From contig JAMHWA010000009.1 of NCBI GenBank assembly GCA_035911175.1, forward strand, positions 66,490-130,489: a stretch of DNA of 64,000 nucleotides, read 5' to 3'. The translations under genes and the position numbers were made by a program. The notes under the pieces were generated by a model that was given only the letters and a program-made list of their open reading frames with translations, did not search any database and was not told the origin of the DNA. Numbering within the stretch: position 1 is the first letter of the stretch; the number at the start of each line of letters is the position of its first letter. This document shows positions 1 through 10,181 of the stretch, in pieces. This stretch comes from Alphaproteobacteria bacterium. Its GTDB lineage: Bacteria; Pseudomonadota; Alphaproteobacteria; Rickettsiales; UBA3002.

Positions 1-483
1 GCCACCCGATTTTTTCTGCGCTTCCACCATTTGTGCCATGCAGCCTTTTTTCGCGTGCACCATGTCATCCGCCAAAATCACGGCAAAGGGCTCATCTCCA
101 ATCAAATGGCGCGCGCACCACACGGCATGGCCAAGCCCACGGGGCTCCTGCTGGCGTGTGAAGCTTACATTGCCTGCCTCGGGCAGCCAGTCGGTGGTTT
201 GTTTGAGTTCCTTGGTTTTATTTTTGGTGCGCAGCTGCGATTGCAGTTCATACGCATGGTCGAAATGATCCTCGATGGCGTGCTTATTGCGGCCAGTTAC
301 AAATATAAATTGCTCAATACCTGCCGCCCGTGCTTCCTCGAATGCATAGTGGATTAGTGGCATATCGACGATGGGGAGCATTTCCTTTGGCATAGATTTG
401 GTCGCCGGCAAAAACCGTGTGCCCAGCCCTCCGACAGGGAATACAGCTTTGCGAACACGTTGGGGCGAGGATTTCTTCGACAC
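1..483 (-). CDS. galU: UTP--glucose-1-phosphate uridylyltransferase (N-terminal part; the C-terminus runs off the left edge)
   Basis: Absent from the ORF track because no stop lies in the window. Reverse-strand translation from GTG (483-481) reads [67 protein letters not shown]. The GGxGTRxLPATK motif is typical of GalU-type nucleotidyltransferases. Confidence 0.85.
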   Translation of the reverse strand, partial: MSKKSSPQRVRKAVFPVGGLGTRFLPATKSMPKEMLPIVDMPLIHYAFEEARAAGIEQFIFVTGRNKHAIEDHFDHAYELQSQLRTKNKTKELKQTTDWLPEAGNVSFTRQQEPRGLGHAVWCARHLIGDEPFAVILADDMVHAKKGCMAQMVEAQKKSGG

Positions 484-711
484 AGACTTCTCCAAAAAAA
501 ATTGTTCGCCTAGATAATGCATCTCCCATGTCATAGTCCAAGAAATAGTGGGCGACTAACGCAAAAAATCTTAAAAAAAATTAATTAGTGGCGAAATTAT
601 CGGCAATATCAAGCGGCTGAAATTGAACCTTTATTGTGTTGCTGCGGCGCAACATTTATTTGCTTGCAAGCCAATGGATTTAATTGCAAGTAATGGCTCA
701 TAATCTATCAC

Positions 712-1851
712 ATGTCGTACATGTATGTGTTTTTTAAAATCGCCATTCAATACTTAAAGGAGCGCTTTCTGAATACGATTGTTACGCATGATGGCGCTGC
801 CAATATTAAAGATACTCCTAAAACGTTTATGGGTGTGCAGTATTTGCGTGCTATTGCTGCGCTGATGATTGTTGCATTCCATGCCGTCAATGTAGTGCGC
901 GACAGAATTGATGCGAACGCGTGGCAACTTAATATCGGTAATGCCCGAGTGGATGTTTTCTTTGCCATAAGCGGGCTGATGATTGTTCTTACAACCTACA
1001 GGCACTGGGGGCAGGTAGGATTTTTCAGGAAGTTCCTTAAACGCCGTTTGATTCGCGTTGTTCCGCTATATTGGTTGGCCACCAGTATGAAATTAGCCGT
1101 GATACTTGTTTTACCATCCATTGCCCTCAGCAGCGGGCAGAATTGGTGGCATATTATTGCATCATACCTATTCATTCCAGCCTATAACGATTCAGGTATG
1201 ATATTCCCCCTGCTGGTGCCGGGCTGGACACTTAATTTTGAGATATTATTTTACATCATCTTTGCCATAGCGCTGTGGCTACGACTCAGCCCCATAAAAT
1301 TTGTCATACCTATCTTCTTTGGTATGGTCGCTATTCGCTATGCTTTTGGGCCGTTCGAGTGGGCGCCCATGAGTTTATTCAGCGAGCGCCTACTCACATT
1401 CTGCCTTGGGATGATGATTGGCCTTGCCGTAAAGCGGCAGCAATTATTAAGCCTCAACGCGTCAATGTTGATTATTCCTATCGCAATTTTCCTACTGCTT
1501 GCTGGCAATCATGTATTTGAAGTGCCACTAGGCGAGATGCCGTTCTTGATGTGGGGCGTGCCAGCAGGCGTTTTAATCTATGCGTTGATTAGTTTTGAGT
1601 ATGAAGCGAGCATCGCTGATATTTCGATCCTGCATAAGCTAGGCGATGCTTCATACTGCATCTTTTTGTTCCACCCCTTTGTGGTGACGCCAATTGCCAT
1701 GGTGGTCAAAAAGCTCAGTTTGGGAACGCCTGCAAGCTTGGCGGTCGTAGCGGTCTCTGCGCTCGTCGTTTCGTCAATCGTGGGCTATGTCATTCACCTG
1801 CGGCTTGAAAAGCCGTTCTTGGCGTATATGCGCCGCCGATTTGATGCCTAG
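712..1851 (+). CDS. Membrane O-acyltransferase, acyltransferase-3 family (ExoZ/OafA-like)
   Basis: 379-aa polytopic ORF. The VQYLRAIAALMIVAFHA motif near the N-terminus is typical of Acyl_transf_3. It lies in EPS context. The start is uncertain (ATG 712 or ATG 829). Confidence 0.75.
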   Translation: MSYMYVFFKIAIQYLKERFLNTIVTHDGAANIKDTPKTFMGVQYLRAIAALMIVAFHAVNVVRDRIDANAWQLNIGNARVDVFFAISGLMIVLTTYRHWGQVGFFRKFLKRRLIRVVPLYWLATSMKLAVILVLPSIALSSGQNWWHIIASYLFIPAYNDSGMIFPLLVPGWTLNFEILFYIIFAIALWLRLSPIKFVIPIFFGMVAIRYAFGPFEWAPMSLFSERLLTFCLGMMIGLAVKRQQLLSLNASMLIIPIAIFLLLAGNHVFEVPLGEMPFLMWGVPAGVLIYALISFEYEASIADISILHKLGDASYCIFLFHPFVVTPIAMVVKKLSLGTPASLAVVAVSALVVSSIVGYVIHLRLEKPFLAYMRRRFDA

Positions 1852-2720
1852 TCTGCGCGCCGCAGCCCTGAAACCACGCCACAGTGCAGCATGCCCCGCA
1901 AAATCCATTTGCGTCCACTAAAGGGCGACCAAATAACCATAAAAAAGCACAGGGCTGCTTTTATGCCAGCTTTAATTGTGTTTTTAAGGCGTGGTTTGCC
2001 TGCCTCAATCAGTTGCATTGCATGGGTTTGTCCATAACGAAATTTGCGGCGCTTTAGCCAGCTAAAATTAGCGCGCTCAGGTGGCACGCCTTCGTAAATG
2101 CTTGCATTTTCGGCATAGTCAATCGTTGCGCCTTTTTCGTGGGCGCGGCTGAAAAAATCGGTGTCTTCACCACCTGTAATGCCCAAATCTTCGCGGAAGC
2201 GTAAGCCAGCAAGTGCAGGTGAGGCCGCGCGCATCAGCACGTTGCCGCAATAGCCAGTGATGATGCGATTTTTCACCCATACAGGGCGGGTGGAGTGATA
2301 GTCGCCATCCAGCAACCATTTGGGGGAGCGTGCATCATAGACTGCAAGCACGGGGCCAAGCACAATGTCGGCTTGGCTGTCTTTTTGTTTGTTGGTGATG
2401 TTCAGCAACCATTGTGGCGTTACGGCTTCGTCATCATCCACAAAAGCAAAGAAGTCAGCATCCACCGCATCTAAGCAGGCATTGCGTGCGATGGATATAT
2501 TGCGTGCGGGTGCGTGGATGTAGGTGACGTTCAGGCCGTGCTGTTCGGCTGCTTGTGCCACCATCACCTGCGCGCTTGGCACTTCATCGTTATCCGCCAC
2601 AATGATGCGCAGGCTGCTATTAAACGGCATTTCGATAATCGACAGCGAAGCGAGGGTATTGGCCACATGCGCGCGGCGGAAGGTGCAGATGCAGATATCG
2701 ATGCGGGTAGGTTCGCTCAT
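1848..2720 (-). CDS. Glycosyltransferase family 2
   Basis: GT-A motifs ICICTFRR, VADNDE and FVDDDE (DxD). The start at ATG 2720 makes an ATGA overlap with the upstream gene's stop. Its stop shares CTAG with the convergent acyltransferase. Confidence 0.8.
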   Translation of the reverse strand: MSEPTRIDICICTFRRAHVANTLASLSIIEMPFNSSLRIIVADNDEVPSAQVMVAQAAEQHGLNVTYIHAPARNISIARNACLDAVDADFFAFVDDDEAVTPQWLLNITNKQKDSQADIVLGPVLAVYDARSPKWLLDGDYHSTRPVWVKNRIITGYCGNVLMRAASPALAGLRFREDLGITGGEDTDFFSRAHEKGATIDYAENASIYEGVPPERANFSWLKRRKFRYGQTHAMQLIEAGKPRLKNTIKAGIKAALCFFMVIWSPFSGRKWILRGMLHCGVVSGLRRAD

Positions 2721-3718
2721 GCGTAGGTCTTGCGGTGTTTGAATAATCCGTGCCAAAAGCCGAGCGACCACCCGCTATGCATCAATAGCGCTGCCACACC
2801 ACTGAGGGCGAGCAGGGGGTTACGCGCCTTCCAGCCAATCAAGGCGCCATAGGCAAGGCACAAGCCCGCCCAAGCCAGCAGTGGAAATGCAGCCATAGGG
2901 ATAAGGGGATAGGCCAGCGCCATCACCGCCGCAGGGGCGACAGCAACGGGCAAAAGCTGGCGGATTTTTAGTTTGAGTTTGTGTTTCAGCACCGTGCGCA
3001 CGCGCCCTTCGCCATAATTACGGTATTGCTTGAACAGGGCAATAGGGGTGGCGCGGGGGTAATAATCCATCGTCGTGGCGCCCGTCAGCCAAATGCGGCT
3101 TCCTGCTTGTGCTAGGCGTGTATCCAGCTCGGCATCCTCGTTGTGGCTGAAGCTTTCGTCATAGCCACCCACGGCTTGAAACGCGGCAATGCGCATCAGC
3201 GCATGGTGGCCATGGTCGACCCATTTGCCCTCACCACTCGCATTGCGGTGTGCGCTGCCGCCATTGCCCAGTTTCGAGTTCTGTGCAGCCGCTACCGCAA
3301 CCTGAAAGCCACTTTTCCCGATGGTATTCATGCTCACCACTACCGAATCAGCACCCAGACGAGTTGCATCGGCAAGCAGTGCAGCGCAGAAGCCAGCAGG
3401 GTAATGCGCATGGGCATCGATGCGGATGAGGTAGGTGTGGCCCTCACCAAATGTTTCTACCGCAAGGTTAATTGCCGCACTTTGAATGCGTTTGGGGTTA
3501 TGCAAATAATGCACGTTGCTGTGCGATTCAGAAAGCAACTGGGCAATAGCCACCGTGCCATCCGTACTGCCGCCGTCGGCAATCACAATATCCATCGGCG
3601 TGGTGAGTGATTCTGCAATCAAGTAGTTCACCAGCGGCTCGATATTCTTGGCTTCATTCAAGCACGGAATAATGACAAGGGCGGGTGAAGTATCGGGGCT
3701 AATGGCGGCGGGAATCAT
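2717..3718 (-). CDS. Glycosyltransferase family 2 (ExoA-like)
   Basis: Motifs VIIPCLNEAKNIEPLV, IADGGSTDGT and RIDAH, plus C-terminal hydrophobic helices as in ExoA-type succinoglycan transferases. ATGA overlap at 3715-3718. Confidence 0.8.
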   Translation of the reverse strand: MIPAAISPDTSPALVIIPCLNEAKNIEPLVNYLIAESLTTPMDIVIADGGSTDGTVAIAQLLSESHSNVHYLHNPKRIQSAAINLAVETFGEGHTYLIRIDAHAHYPAGFCAALLADATRLGADSVVVSMNTIGKSGFQVAVAAAQNSKLGNGGSAHRNASGEGKWVDHGHHALMRIAAFQAVGGYDESFSHNEDAELDTRLAQAGSRIWLTGATTMDYYPRATPIALFKQYRNYGEGRVRTVLKHKLKLKIRQLLPVAVAPAAVMALAYPLIPMAAFPLLAWAGLCLAYGALIGWKARNPLLALSGVAALLMHSGWSLGFWHGLFKHRKTYA

Positions 3719-4842
3719 GGGGCATCCGTGGGCTTGAGTTGAGCAATGCGTGCAACAAGCTGCCTGCACTCTGCCTCATTCACGCGCCATGTGTCATGCG
3801 GAATCTGTGCAACTGCCTGCGCCATGGCCGCATAAGCCTCGGGGGTGAGGTTTTTAAGAAACGCTATCAGGCTCTCGCCTTTTGGCTCGCTCAGCACATG
3901 CCCAATGCCACGCGCTTGGGTGAAGCGGCTAGTTTCCACACCGTGAGCGGTAATTGGCACCGCGCCATAGAGGCCGCCTTCATAGACGCGGTTAGGCAGC
4001 AGCCATGCAGAGTTAAGTCCTTCCTCGAACATATCAATCGCCCAGCTAAAATGGGTCTCGCCGTACATGGGTGCTAAATCGGCAGGCGTGTAGGCGCCAC
4101 CAAAGCGAATGCCAGCTTCCTTCACCTGCGCATCAAAATCATCGAACTGGTCGTAGGCAGGGCGCCCACGGATGATGATTTCAACCAGCCCCGTATGCTC
4201 GCGCGCAACCTTGCTCAGTATATCGAGGCTTTTGCGGCAACGAATGGCGCCGAACCAGCCAATTCTCCACGGTGGGCCAGCGGGGAGCGGGTGCAAAGCT
4301 GCCGGGCTATCCACACCAAATAGCTTGTTTTCCAGCAGCAAAAACGGAAGTTTAAGTGTCGTTCGCTTTTCAAAATATTCACGAATAAAGGCTGGCGAAC
4401 TGGTGATAATTAGGCTCGCGCGCTGGGCTAGGCAGGCTTCCAGTGCGCGCAATGTTTTGCCAATGACATCTTCGCGCAATAATAGGCGATGAATATCCAA
4501 AACCTCGTACGCAATAGCAGGCTTATGCTTACTAAGTGCTCGCCCGCGCACAGCAATGCCCAGTGTTTCAAGGTTGCGGGCAATGATCACATCCGCTGCG
4601 GCAAACAGCGCGGCATGTTGCTTCACAGTTGCAACATTGCGCAACACGGCAAATATGCGTTGAAGGAAGCGGCCATTATAAGTCCGGCCTAGATCGGTCA
4701 CGCTGCACCCTGCAATGTCGCTTGGCGGGGTGGTGCGCGAAAATCCGGCCACATGCACGCTAGCGCCGCCAGCTACCAACATGCGCACACGCTTAGCCGT
4801 CGTTGGGTCGGCAAGATCATGCGTCAGGTAGAGGATATGCAT
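3715..4842 (-). CDS. Putative GT-B fold glycosyltransferase (GT4/ExoL-like)
   Basis: 375 aa. N-terminus MHILYLTHDLADPTTAKRVRML and C-terminal PNRVYEGGLYGAVPI resemble GT-B EPS transferases. Operonic with the flanking GT2 genes. The family was assigned by pattern only. Confidence 0.5.
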   Translation of the reverse strand: MHILYLTHDLADPTTAKRVRMLVAGGASVHVAGFSRTTPPSDIAGCSVTDLGRTYNGRFLQRIFAVLRNVATVKQHAALFAAADVIIARNLETLGIAVRGRALSKHKPAIAYEVLDIHRLLLREDVIGKTLRALEACLAQRASLIITSSPAFIREYFEKRTTLKLPFLLLENKLFGVDSPAALHPLPAGPPWRIGWFGAIRCRKSLDILSKVAREHTGLVEIIIRGRPAYDQFDDFDAQVKEAGIRFGGAYTPADLAPMYGETHFSWAIDMFEEGLNSAWLLPNRVYEGGLYGAVPITAHGVETSRFTQARGIGHVLSEPKGESLIAFLKNLTPEAYAAMAQAVAQIPHDTWRVNEAECRQLVARIAQLKPTDAP

Positions 4843-4845
4843 GGG

Positions 4846-5697
4846 TTAGGAAGTGTGTGTAGGGAGCGGGGCGTTATGACTCAGGAGGTCTGCCTTAGGT
4901 GTGCGGCGACGACTTGCGTGGTTGAGGATGGTGCCGATCACTACCGCTTGGTTAAGCGCCTGCAGCGAGGATTTAAGATCGCTCGTGCTCGTCGTTCCTT
5001 CGTTGACGACCAGCAGCACGCCATCGACGTGCGGCAAAAATACCAACGGGTCATCCTGCGCCAGAATCGGGGGCAAATCATAGATGATAATGCGGTCGGG
5101 GTAGCGAGTGCGCAGCTCCTCGGCGAGCGCCGCAATTTTGGGCGAGCCAAGTACTTCGGAAGAATGATCCATCGCCTTGCCTGCCGGCAATACCGCCAAA
5201 CGGTCGAACGATGGGCGCACGATACAGTCTGCAATCGGTGCATTATCGGCGAAGTAATCTGTGATGCCGATAGGTGCCGCAAGACCGAGGTATCCCATCA
5301 CATCGGGTTTACGCAAATCAAGGTCAACCAGCAGCACGGTCTGATTCAGATCCAGCGCAATCGAGAGGGCGAGATTGATTGCAATCGTAGTTTTGCCTTC
5401 ACCGTAATTGGCGCTGGTGATACCGATGGTTTTCATGCCGTGTTGGGTCATGGCTTGCAGCACTTGGGTACGCAAAATGCGGAAGGTATCCGCCTCTTTG
5501 CTGCGCACGCGATGGGCGACGATACGGTTACTGTCTAAGGTGGTGTCGTCAACTTTGACAACATTGCCTGGGACAATCTGGGTAAGGTCTGCAGGGATAG
5601 CGTGCGCTTGGGCTATATGCCTGCTGGGGCGCGGGGTGTGCGTACCCGTGTTGCGCTCGGCGCGCGCTTTAGCAAGGGCTTTAGCAAGTTTATCCAT
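4846..5697 (-). CDS. P-loop ATPase of the bacterial tyrosine-kinase (CpsD/EpsG-like) family, separate cytoplasmic subunit
   Basis: Walker A YGEGKTT, Walker A' VLLVDLDLRKP, Walker B IIIYDLPP. The start was chosen at ATG 5697, with GAGG 9 nt upstream. There is no C-terminal tyrosine cluster. Confidence 0.8.
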   Translation of the reverse strand: MDKLAKALAKARAERNTGTHTPRPSRHIAQAHAIPADLTQIVPGNVVKVDDTTLDSNRIVAHRVRSKEADTFRILRTQVLQAMTQHGMKTIGITSANYGEGKTTIAINLALSIALDLNQTVLLVDLDLRKPDVMGYLGLAAPIGITDYFADNAPIADCIVRPSFDRLAVLPAGKAMDHSSEVLGSPKIAALAEELRTRYPDRIIIYDLPPILAQDDPLVFLPHVDGVLLVVNEGTTSTSDLKSSLQALNQAVVIGTILNHASRRRTPKADLLSHNAPLPTHTS

Positions 5698-5707
5698 TGG
5701 TTTTGCC

Positions 5708-7159
5708 TCAGTATTTTGTCGCAATATGTGAAATGGACACTAGTGGTGCAACTCCAGTAATGCGTGCTAAGTGGCTGGCGCCGCGGATGGACTGGCTAAG
5801 CATTTCGGTAATAGCCACCATCATGATGCCACTAACAATGGCAAGAAGTGCTCCGGCCACCAGAAGTAGCTTTCTGCTGGGCGAGGTTCCCTCGGGAATC
5901 GTCGAGGGGTTGATAATGCTCAAGTGTGATCCGTCGCCACTTGCTTCAAGATTCGCGCGCATCTTGGCCGCGGCTTTTTTCTCGGTCAGCGATGCGTAGC
6001 GTTTTTTGGCATTCTCAAGATCAATCGTGAGTGCCGACATTTGCTGCTCAACTAAGGGGTTCTTGGCCACAAACTCATTGTACTTATCTTGCTGCGCTTT
6101 CAGCGCGGCGCGTTGTGCCATAAGCCCGTTCAATTCACCTGTCGATGCCGCTAATTGTGCGCTGATCTGTAAATAGAGGGGGTTATCTGCATCGCGCGAG
6201 CCAACAAGCAGCTTCTCGTCAGGTTGTTTCTCCAGAGCTTCGAGTTGCGCGCGCACGTTCAACACATCGGGGTGCTTAGGGCCATAACGGCCAGTTAGTG
6301 TCGCATACTGTGATTGCAGTGCTTTTTTCTGACCTTTAGGTGAATTCACCATTTTCCCGTCATCGAGTGCGGGGGCGTATGGGTCGGCAGCGGCAAGCTG
6401 GCTACGTAAGCTGGCAACCATTGCCTGTGTGCTGGTGATTTGGCTTTCAACATTTTGCAAGGCTAGGCTGTTGCTCAAGCTTGCTTGTTGGTTGAACATA
6501 ACTGCCGAGGGGCCAGACTCGCCATACTGAGCCTTAAATTCGGCAATTTTTTTCTCTTGGCCTTTAATGGTTTCTTCCAATGCTTTAATTTGCACATCGA
6601 GAAATGCGGCTGTTTTTTCGCTTTGGGTGCGCCGTTGGTTCGATTCTTCCTCAATGAATGCTTTTACCAACGCATCAAGCCCAGCCTTGGCAAGCTTAGG
6701 ATCGGAGTAGCTAAAGCTTAGTGTAAAGGCGATAGCGGAAAGCTGATCAACCGACTCTTTTTGTGTGGCGGCAGGATTAGAAATATCTGCGCTGATGAAC
6801 GATAATTTGGTGCTGTTTTGCATAATTTTTGCACGTTTATCAGGCGTTAAGGTTTCTTTGGTGCCGGGGTAAAGGCCCACCGTGTCGATGATTTTGTTGA
6901 GTGAAGCCACGGCCATTACTTTTTGTTCGACTTGGTTAATGCGTCGATCAGCCAGACCGCTCTGCGAAACGATGTCACCATCAATGGCGTTTGAGGCAAT
7001 GTCTGCCTGCTCAATTTGTACGGTGGTGATGGCGCGGTAATTAGACCAGTTTAAAACAAAAAGCAGCGCTAATAAAAAAATGCTGCCCGAGGTCAGTAAA
7101 AATACGGAACGGCGTCGACGAAGAATCGATAATAAATTGGGTAAAGAAAGGTCGTCCAT
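5708..7159 (-). CDS. Polysaccharide chain-length determinant (GumC/Wzz family)
   Basis: N-terminal TM helix (VFLLTSGSIFLLALLFVL), a long coiled-coil periplasmic region and a C-terminal TM helix (LLLVAGALLAIVSGIMMVAI). It sits directly upstream of the kinase-like ATPase. Confidence 0.85.
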   Translation of the reverse strand: MDDLSLPNLLSILRRRRSVFLLTSGSIFLLALLFVLNWSNYRAITTVQIEQADIASNAIDGDIVSQSGLADRRINQVEQKVMAVASLNKIIDTVGLYPGTKETLTPDKRAKIMQNSTKLSFISADISNPAATQKESVDQLSAIAFTLSFSYSDPKLAKAGLDALVKAFIEEESNQRRTQSEKTAAFLDVQIKALEETIKGQEKKIAEFKAQYGESGPSAVMFNQQASLSNSLALQNVESQITSTQAMVASLRSQLAAADPYAPALDDGKMVNSPKGQKKALQSQYATLTGRYGPKHPDVLNVRAQLEALEKQPDEKLLVGSRDADNPLYLQISAQLAASTGELNGLMAQRAALKAQQDKYNEFVAKNPLVEQQMSALTIDLENAKKRYASLTEKKAAAKMRANLEASGDGSHLSIINPSTIPEGTSPSRKLLLVAGALLAIVSGIMMVAITEMLSQSIRGASHLARITGVAPLVSISHIATKY

Positions 7160-7164
7160 CGAGG

Positions 7165-8346
7165 CTACTCGTTCATCAATGAGGGTTTGTAGGTGATGCC
7201 AATCATCACAACATGTTGCTTGATCGGGTTGGCGACACTGGTCAGATTCTCATGACGGTAGTTATAATCAGCATTCAATTCGGTACGTTCGGTTAGGGCA
7301 TAAGAAACGCCTGCACCAGCAGAGTAGCCTTCATCCAGGTTCACCCCAGGGGTCGATGAATAATCCGCAGATTGGTACTTGCCGCTCGCATTCAATGCCA
7401 GCGTTTGGTTCAGTTGGTGGCGTTCGGTAAATGCGAATGTATCAAGCAATGTCTCGGTGCCGTTTCCAAACGGTTGGCGGGCGCGTGTCGCCGAGAAGGT
7501 CAGGCGATCCTGATTGCCTGTATAGGCAAGGTTGCCCGAGAAAACATAGTTCCATGTATTGTTATCGGCGCCAGTGCTGCTGTCGCTCTTGGTGTAGAGG
7601 GTACCTGCCGTCGTACGCAGCGTGAGGCGAGGGTTGATTTGGGTTGTCCAGCCAATGGTTGGGCCAACACTGTCAGAAGTCAGCGTGTCGTTGGTTGTTT
7701 CATAGCGTTGCGCATTAATGCCAATCGAGCCAGTGTTCTCAGCATCGAATTTATGCTCGTAACTTGGGGCAAGGGAATAAAAGTTATAATCGGTATAGGC
7801 GTTGGTGCTGTAGTTTACATTGCTTGCAGAAGAGCTCAGGATCCAGCGGTCACGCGGCGTTGAAGCAAAGATAATCTGAGGCGCAGCGCCAATGCGAGTG
7901 CTCTTAACTTTGGGCAGATTCAATCCATAGTTCGTAAGCTCTGCAGTGCGCGTTGTTTCCTTATCATAAGTGGTTCGCAAGATGGCAGTCCAGCGCTGGT
8001 TATTGCGGCTAAGGAGCAGTTTCTGGTGCAGATCGACAGAGTTGTATTGCGACTCATCGAAAAAATTGGCATCAATTTTCGAATCCGAAATGATTTGAGA
8101 TGTCGGTGTTTTCCAGCGCAACAATAGCTCAGGGCTGGTGATACTGCCGAAGGCTTCTTCTTCACCTGTGGTAAGGCGCAAAGGGTTGGAATCATAGGTG
8201 AAGCGCTGTGCCCCACGTATTTCTGCTGTAAAGCCTTCGGGCACCGTTTTGCTGACGGCAGGCGCGGCAAACACAGGATAGGAAAGTGCCAGCGCACTGC
8301 TAGAGAGAAAGTAAATTGCCAGATGTTTCGAGTGTAAAGCGCGCAT
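7165..8346 (-). CDS. Outer-membrane beta-barrel protein of the EPS locus (function unknown)
   Basis: Signal peptide ending VFAAPA, alternating hydrophobic strand pattern rich in Y/T/N/S, and terminal strand GITYKPSL. It lies between the exporter and the chain-length determinant. Confidence 0.6.
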   Translation of the reverse strand: MRALHSKHLAIYFLSSSALALSYPVFAAPAVSKTVPEGFTAEIRGAQRFTYDSNPLRLTTGEEEAFGSITSPELLLRWKTPTSQIISDSKIDANFFDESQYNSVDLHQKLLLSRNNQRWTAILRTTYDKETTRTAELTNYGLNLPKVKSTRIGAAPQIIFASTPRDRWILSSSASNVNYSTNAYTDYNFYSLAPSYEHKFDAENTGSIGINAQRYETTNDTLTSDSVGPTIGWTTQINPRLTLRTTAGTLYTKSDSSTGADNNTWNYVFSGNLAYTGNQDRLTFSATRARQPFGNGTETLLDTFAFTERHQLNQTLALNASGKYQSADYSSTPGVNLDEGYSAGAGVSYALTERTELNADYNYRHENLTSVANPIKQHVVMIGITYKPSLMNE

Positions 8347-8348
8347 GG

Positions 8349-9011
8349 CTAAAACAGGCTTTGCGTAGGAACCACAATCACATCGCCAGGCATAAGCGTG
8401 ATATTGGTTTCAAGATTTCTGCCGCGAGCAATATCCGAGTAATCAAAATCAATTGAGTCTTCCTTGTTGCCAGTTTTGCGCAGGATAACGATGTCATCAT
8501 CGTCAGCATAAGGCGTTAATCCGCCCGCTTGGCTAAGGGCTTGCATCACCGTCATCGAGCGCGTCATGATGACCTCGCCTGGCTTGGTGACTTGGCCAAT
8601 GACGCTTACGGCGTTACCGCGCGTTTCCTGCACAACCACCGTTACCGAGGCCGCTGGAACAAACGGTTCTAGCTTTTGTGTTACGGTACGCTGCACATCC
8701 GCGGTCGATTGCCCAACCACCGACAATGTGCCGATGAGTGGAAAGTTGATGGTGCCATCGGGCATGACCAACACTTCACGGTCGAGTTCTTCTTCCTTCC
8801 AGACATTAATTCGCAGCATGTCGCCAGCTTGAAGTCTGTAGGCTGAATCAACCTGCGTAGAGCTCGGTGCAGCAGCAGCGGGTTCAGCGCCTTTTACTTG
8901 CTGAAGTGTTGGCAGTTTATCGGTCTTTGTTTTCTCTGTCGCCGCAATCGATGCGTGTGCTGAAAGTAAAACAGCAATCAACGTAAACAACGATAAAATA
9001 ATGCGGGACAT
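8349..9011 (-). CDS. Periplasmic polysaccharide export protein (short Wza/ExoF-like; Poly_export plus SLBB)
   Basis: Signal peptide, Poly_export-type motif YRLQAGDMLRINVW, and an SLBB-like C-terminal half (GGLTPYADDDDIVILR ... PGDVIVVP). Confidence 0.8.
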   Translation of the reverse strand: MSRIILSLFTLIAVLLSAHASIAATEKTKTDKLPTLQQVKGAEPAAAAPSSTQVDSAYRLQAGDMLRINVWKEEELDREVLVMPDGTINFPLIGTLSVVGQSTADVQRTVTQKLEPFVPAASVTVVVQETRGNAVSVIGQVTKPGEVIMTRSMTVMQALSQAGGLTPYADDDDIVILRKTGNKEDSIDFDYSDIARGRNLETNITLMPGDVIVVPTQSLF

Positions 9012-9149
9012 AATAAAACTCGGTCACAAATTGTTAAGGAGTCAATGTTATAGTTAATTTCCCACGCGCTGAAAAGCGTTAAATCTTGTCTAGCCGTTAT
9101 TTTGGGGCTAATAGCGCTAGTGTAATGGTTGTGTGCTAGGGTGGTGATT

Positions 9150-10040
9150 ATGTATGAACGCTATTTTGGGTTGACTGGCAAGCCGTTCTCGCTTTTGCCC
9201 GAGGCCAACCATTTGTTCTTTAGCAAGCGCCACCAACATATTGTAAACATTCTTGAATATGGCATCGAGACTCAAGCAGCTTTCATGGTCATCACAGGCG
9301 ATGTGGGGGCAGGGAAGACAACGGTTATTCGGCACTTTTTAGGGAATCTTCCAGAAAAAGTGGTTGTCGGCCTCATTACTAACCCAAGCCAGCGTCTTGG
9401 TTCGCTGTTGAACTGGATTTCAAGTGCGTTCGATTTGGCTCAGCACGCGCAGGATGAATCCAAAATGTATCATGGGTTTGTTGAGTTCCTATTGGCTAAT
9501 TATGCCAAGGGCTTGAGAACCATTCTTATCATTGATGAGGCGCAAAATCTCTCGGTCGAGATGCTCGAAGAGCTTCGCATGCTATCGAATATCAATAACG
9601 AGCAGGATATGCTGCTGCAAATCATCCTTGCTGGCCAGCCAGAGCTGCTTGAGTTGCTTAATCGGCAGGATTTACGGCAATTTGCCCAGCGCATTGGTGC
9701 CCACGGCCACTTAACAGCACTTACGCCATTGGAAACAAAAGATTATATTGCCCACCGGCTAAGGGTAGTCGGGGCTGAGGCGACGATTTTTAGCCTCACT
9801 GGGTGTGCTGCTATTTATTATTTTACTGGAGGCATTCCAAGATTAATCAATCTTTTGGCGGATCAGGCGCTGATGTATGCATTCGCCGAGGACGCCAGTA
9901 CGGTTGATGAAAAAATAATCATGGAAGTCGTTTCTGACCGCAATGCTTCGGGTCTCAATGCGTTCATTAACAAGGGCATGTCAAAAGCAGAGGACGACAT
10001 AGCGCTTTTGGCAAGGCAGCTTGAAGCGGCATCTTTGTAA
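9150..10040 (+). CDS. ExeA/GspA-like AAA ATPase (secretion ATPase type found in EPS loci)
   Basis: N-terminus MYERYFGLTGKPFSL, Walker A GDVGAGKTT, Walker B LIIDEAQNL. Start moved to ATG 9150. Divergent from the exporter operon. Confidence 0.8.
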   Translation: MYERYFGLTGKPFSLLPEANHLFFSKRHQHIVNILEYGIETQAAFMVITGDVGAGKTTVIRHFLGNLPEKVVVGLITNPSQRLGSLLNWISSAFDLAQHAQDESKMYHGFVEFLLANYAKGLRTILIIDEAQNLSVEMLEELRMLSNINNEQDMLLQIILAGQPELLELLNRQDLRQFAQRIGAHGHLTALTPLETKDYIAHRLRVVGAEATIFSLTGCAAIYYFTGGIPRLINLLADQALMYAFAEDASTVDEKIIMEVVSDRNASGLNAFINKGMSKAEDDIALLARQLEAASL

Positions 10041-10150
10041 AAGATATATAAAGCAGTATGCTGGAATCTGTTCTTCTAGCATCCGGCGCCTCAGAGTCGC
10101 CGCATCCTTCTAATCCCCGAGCTTTATGCCTGTAATCAAAAAGTCACAGG

Positions 10151-10181
10151 GCTGCGCCATGTGTGCGGTGCAGCATTTTTT
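10151..10181 (+). terminator. Rho-independent terminator after the ExeA-like ATPase gene
   Basis: GCTGCGCC / GGTGCAGC stem (8 bp including one G-U pair) followed by ATTTTTTCT. Confidence 0.6.
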
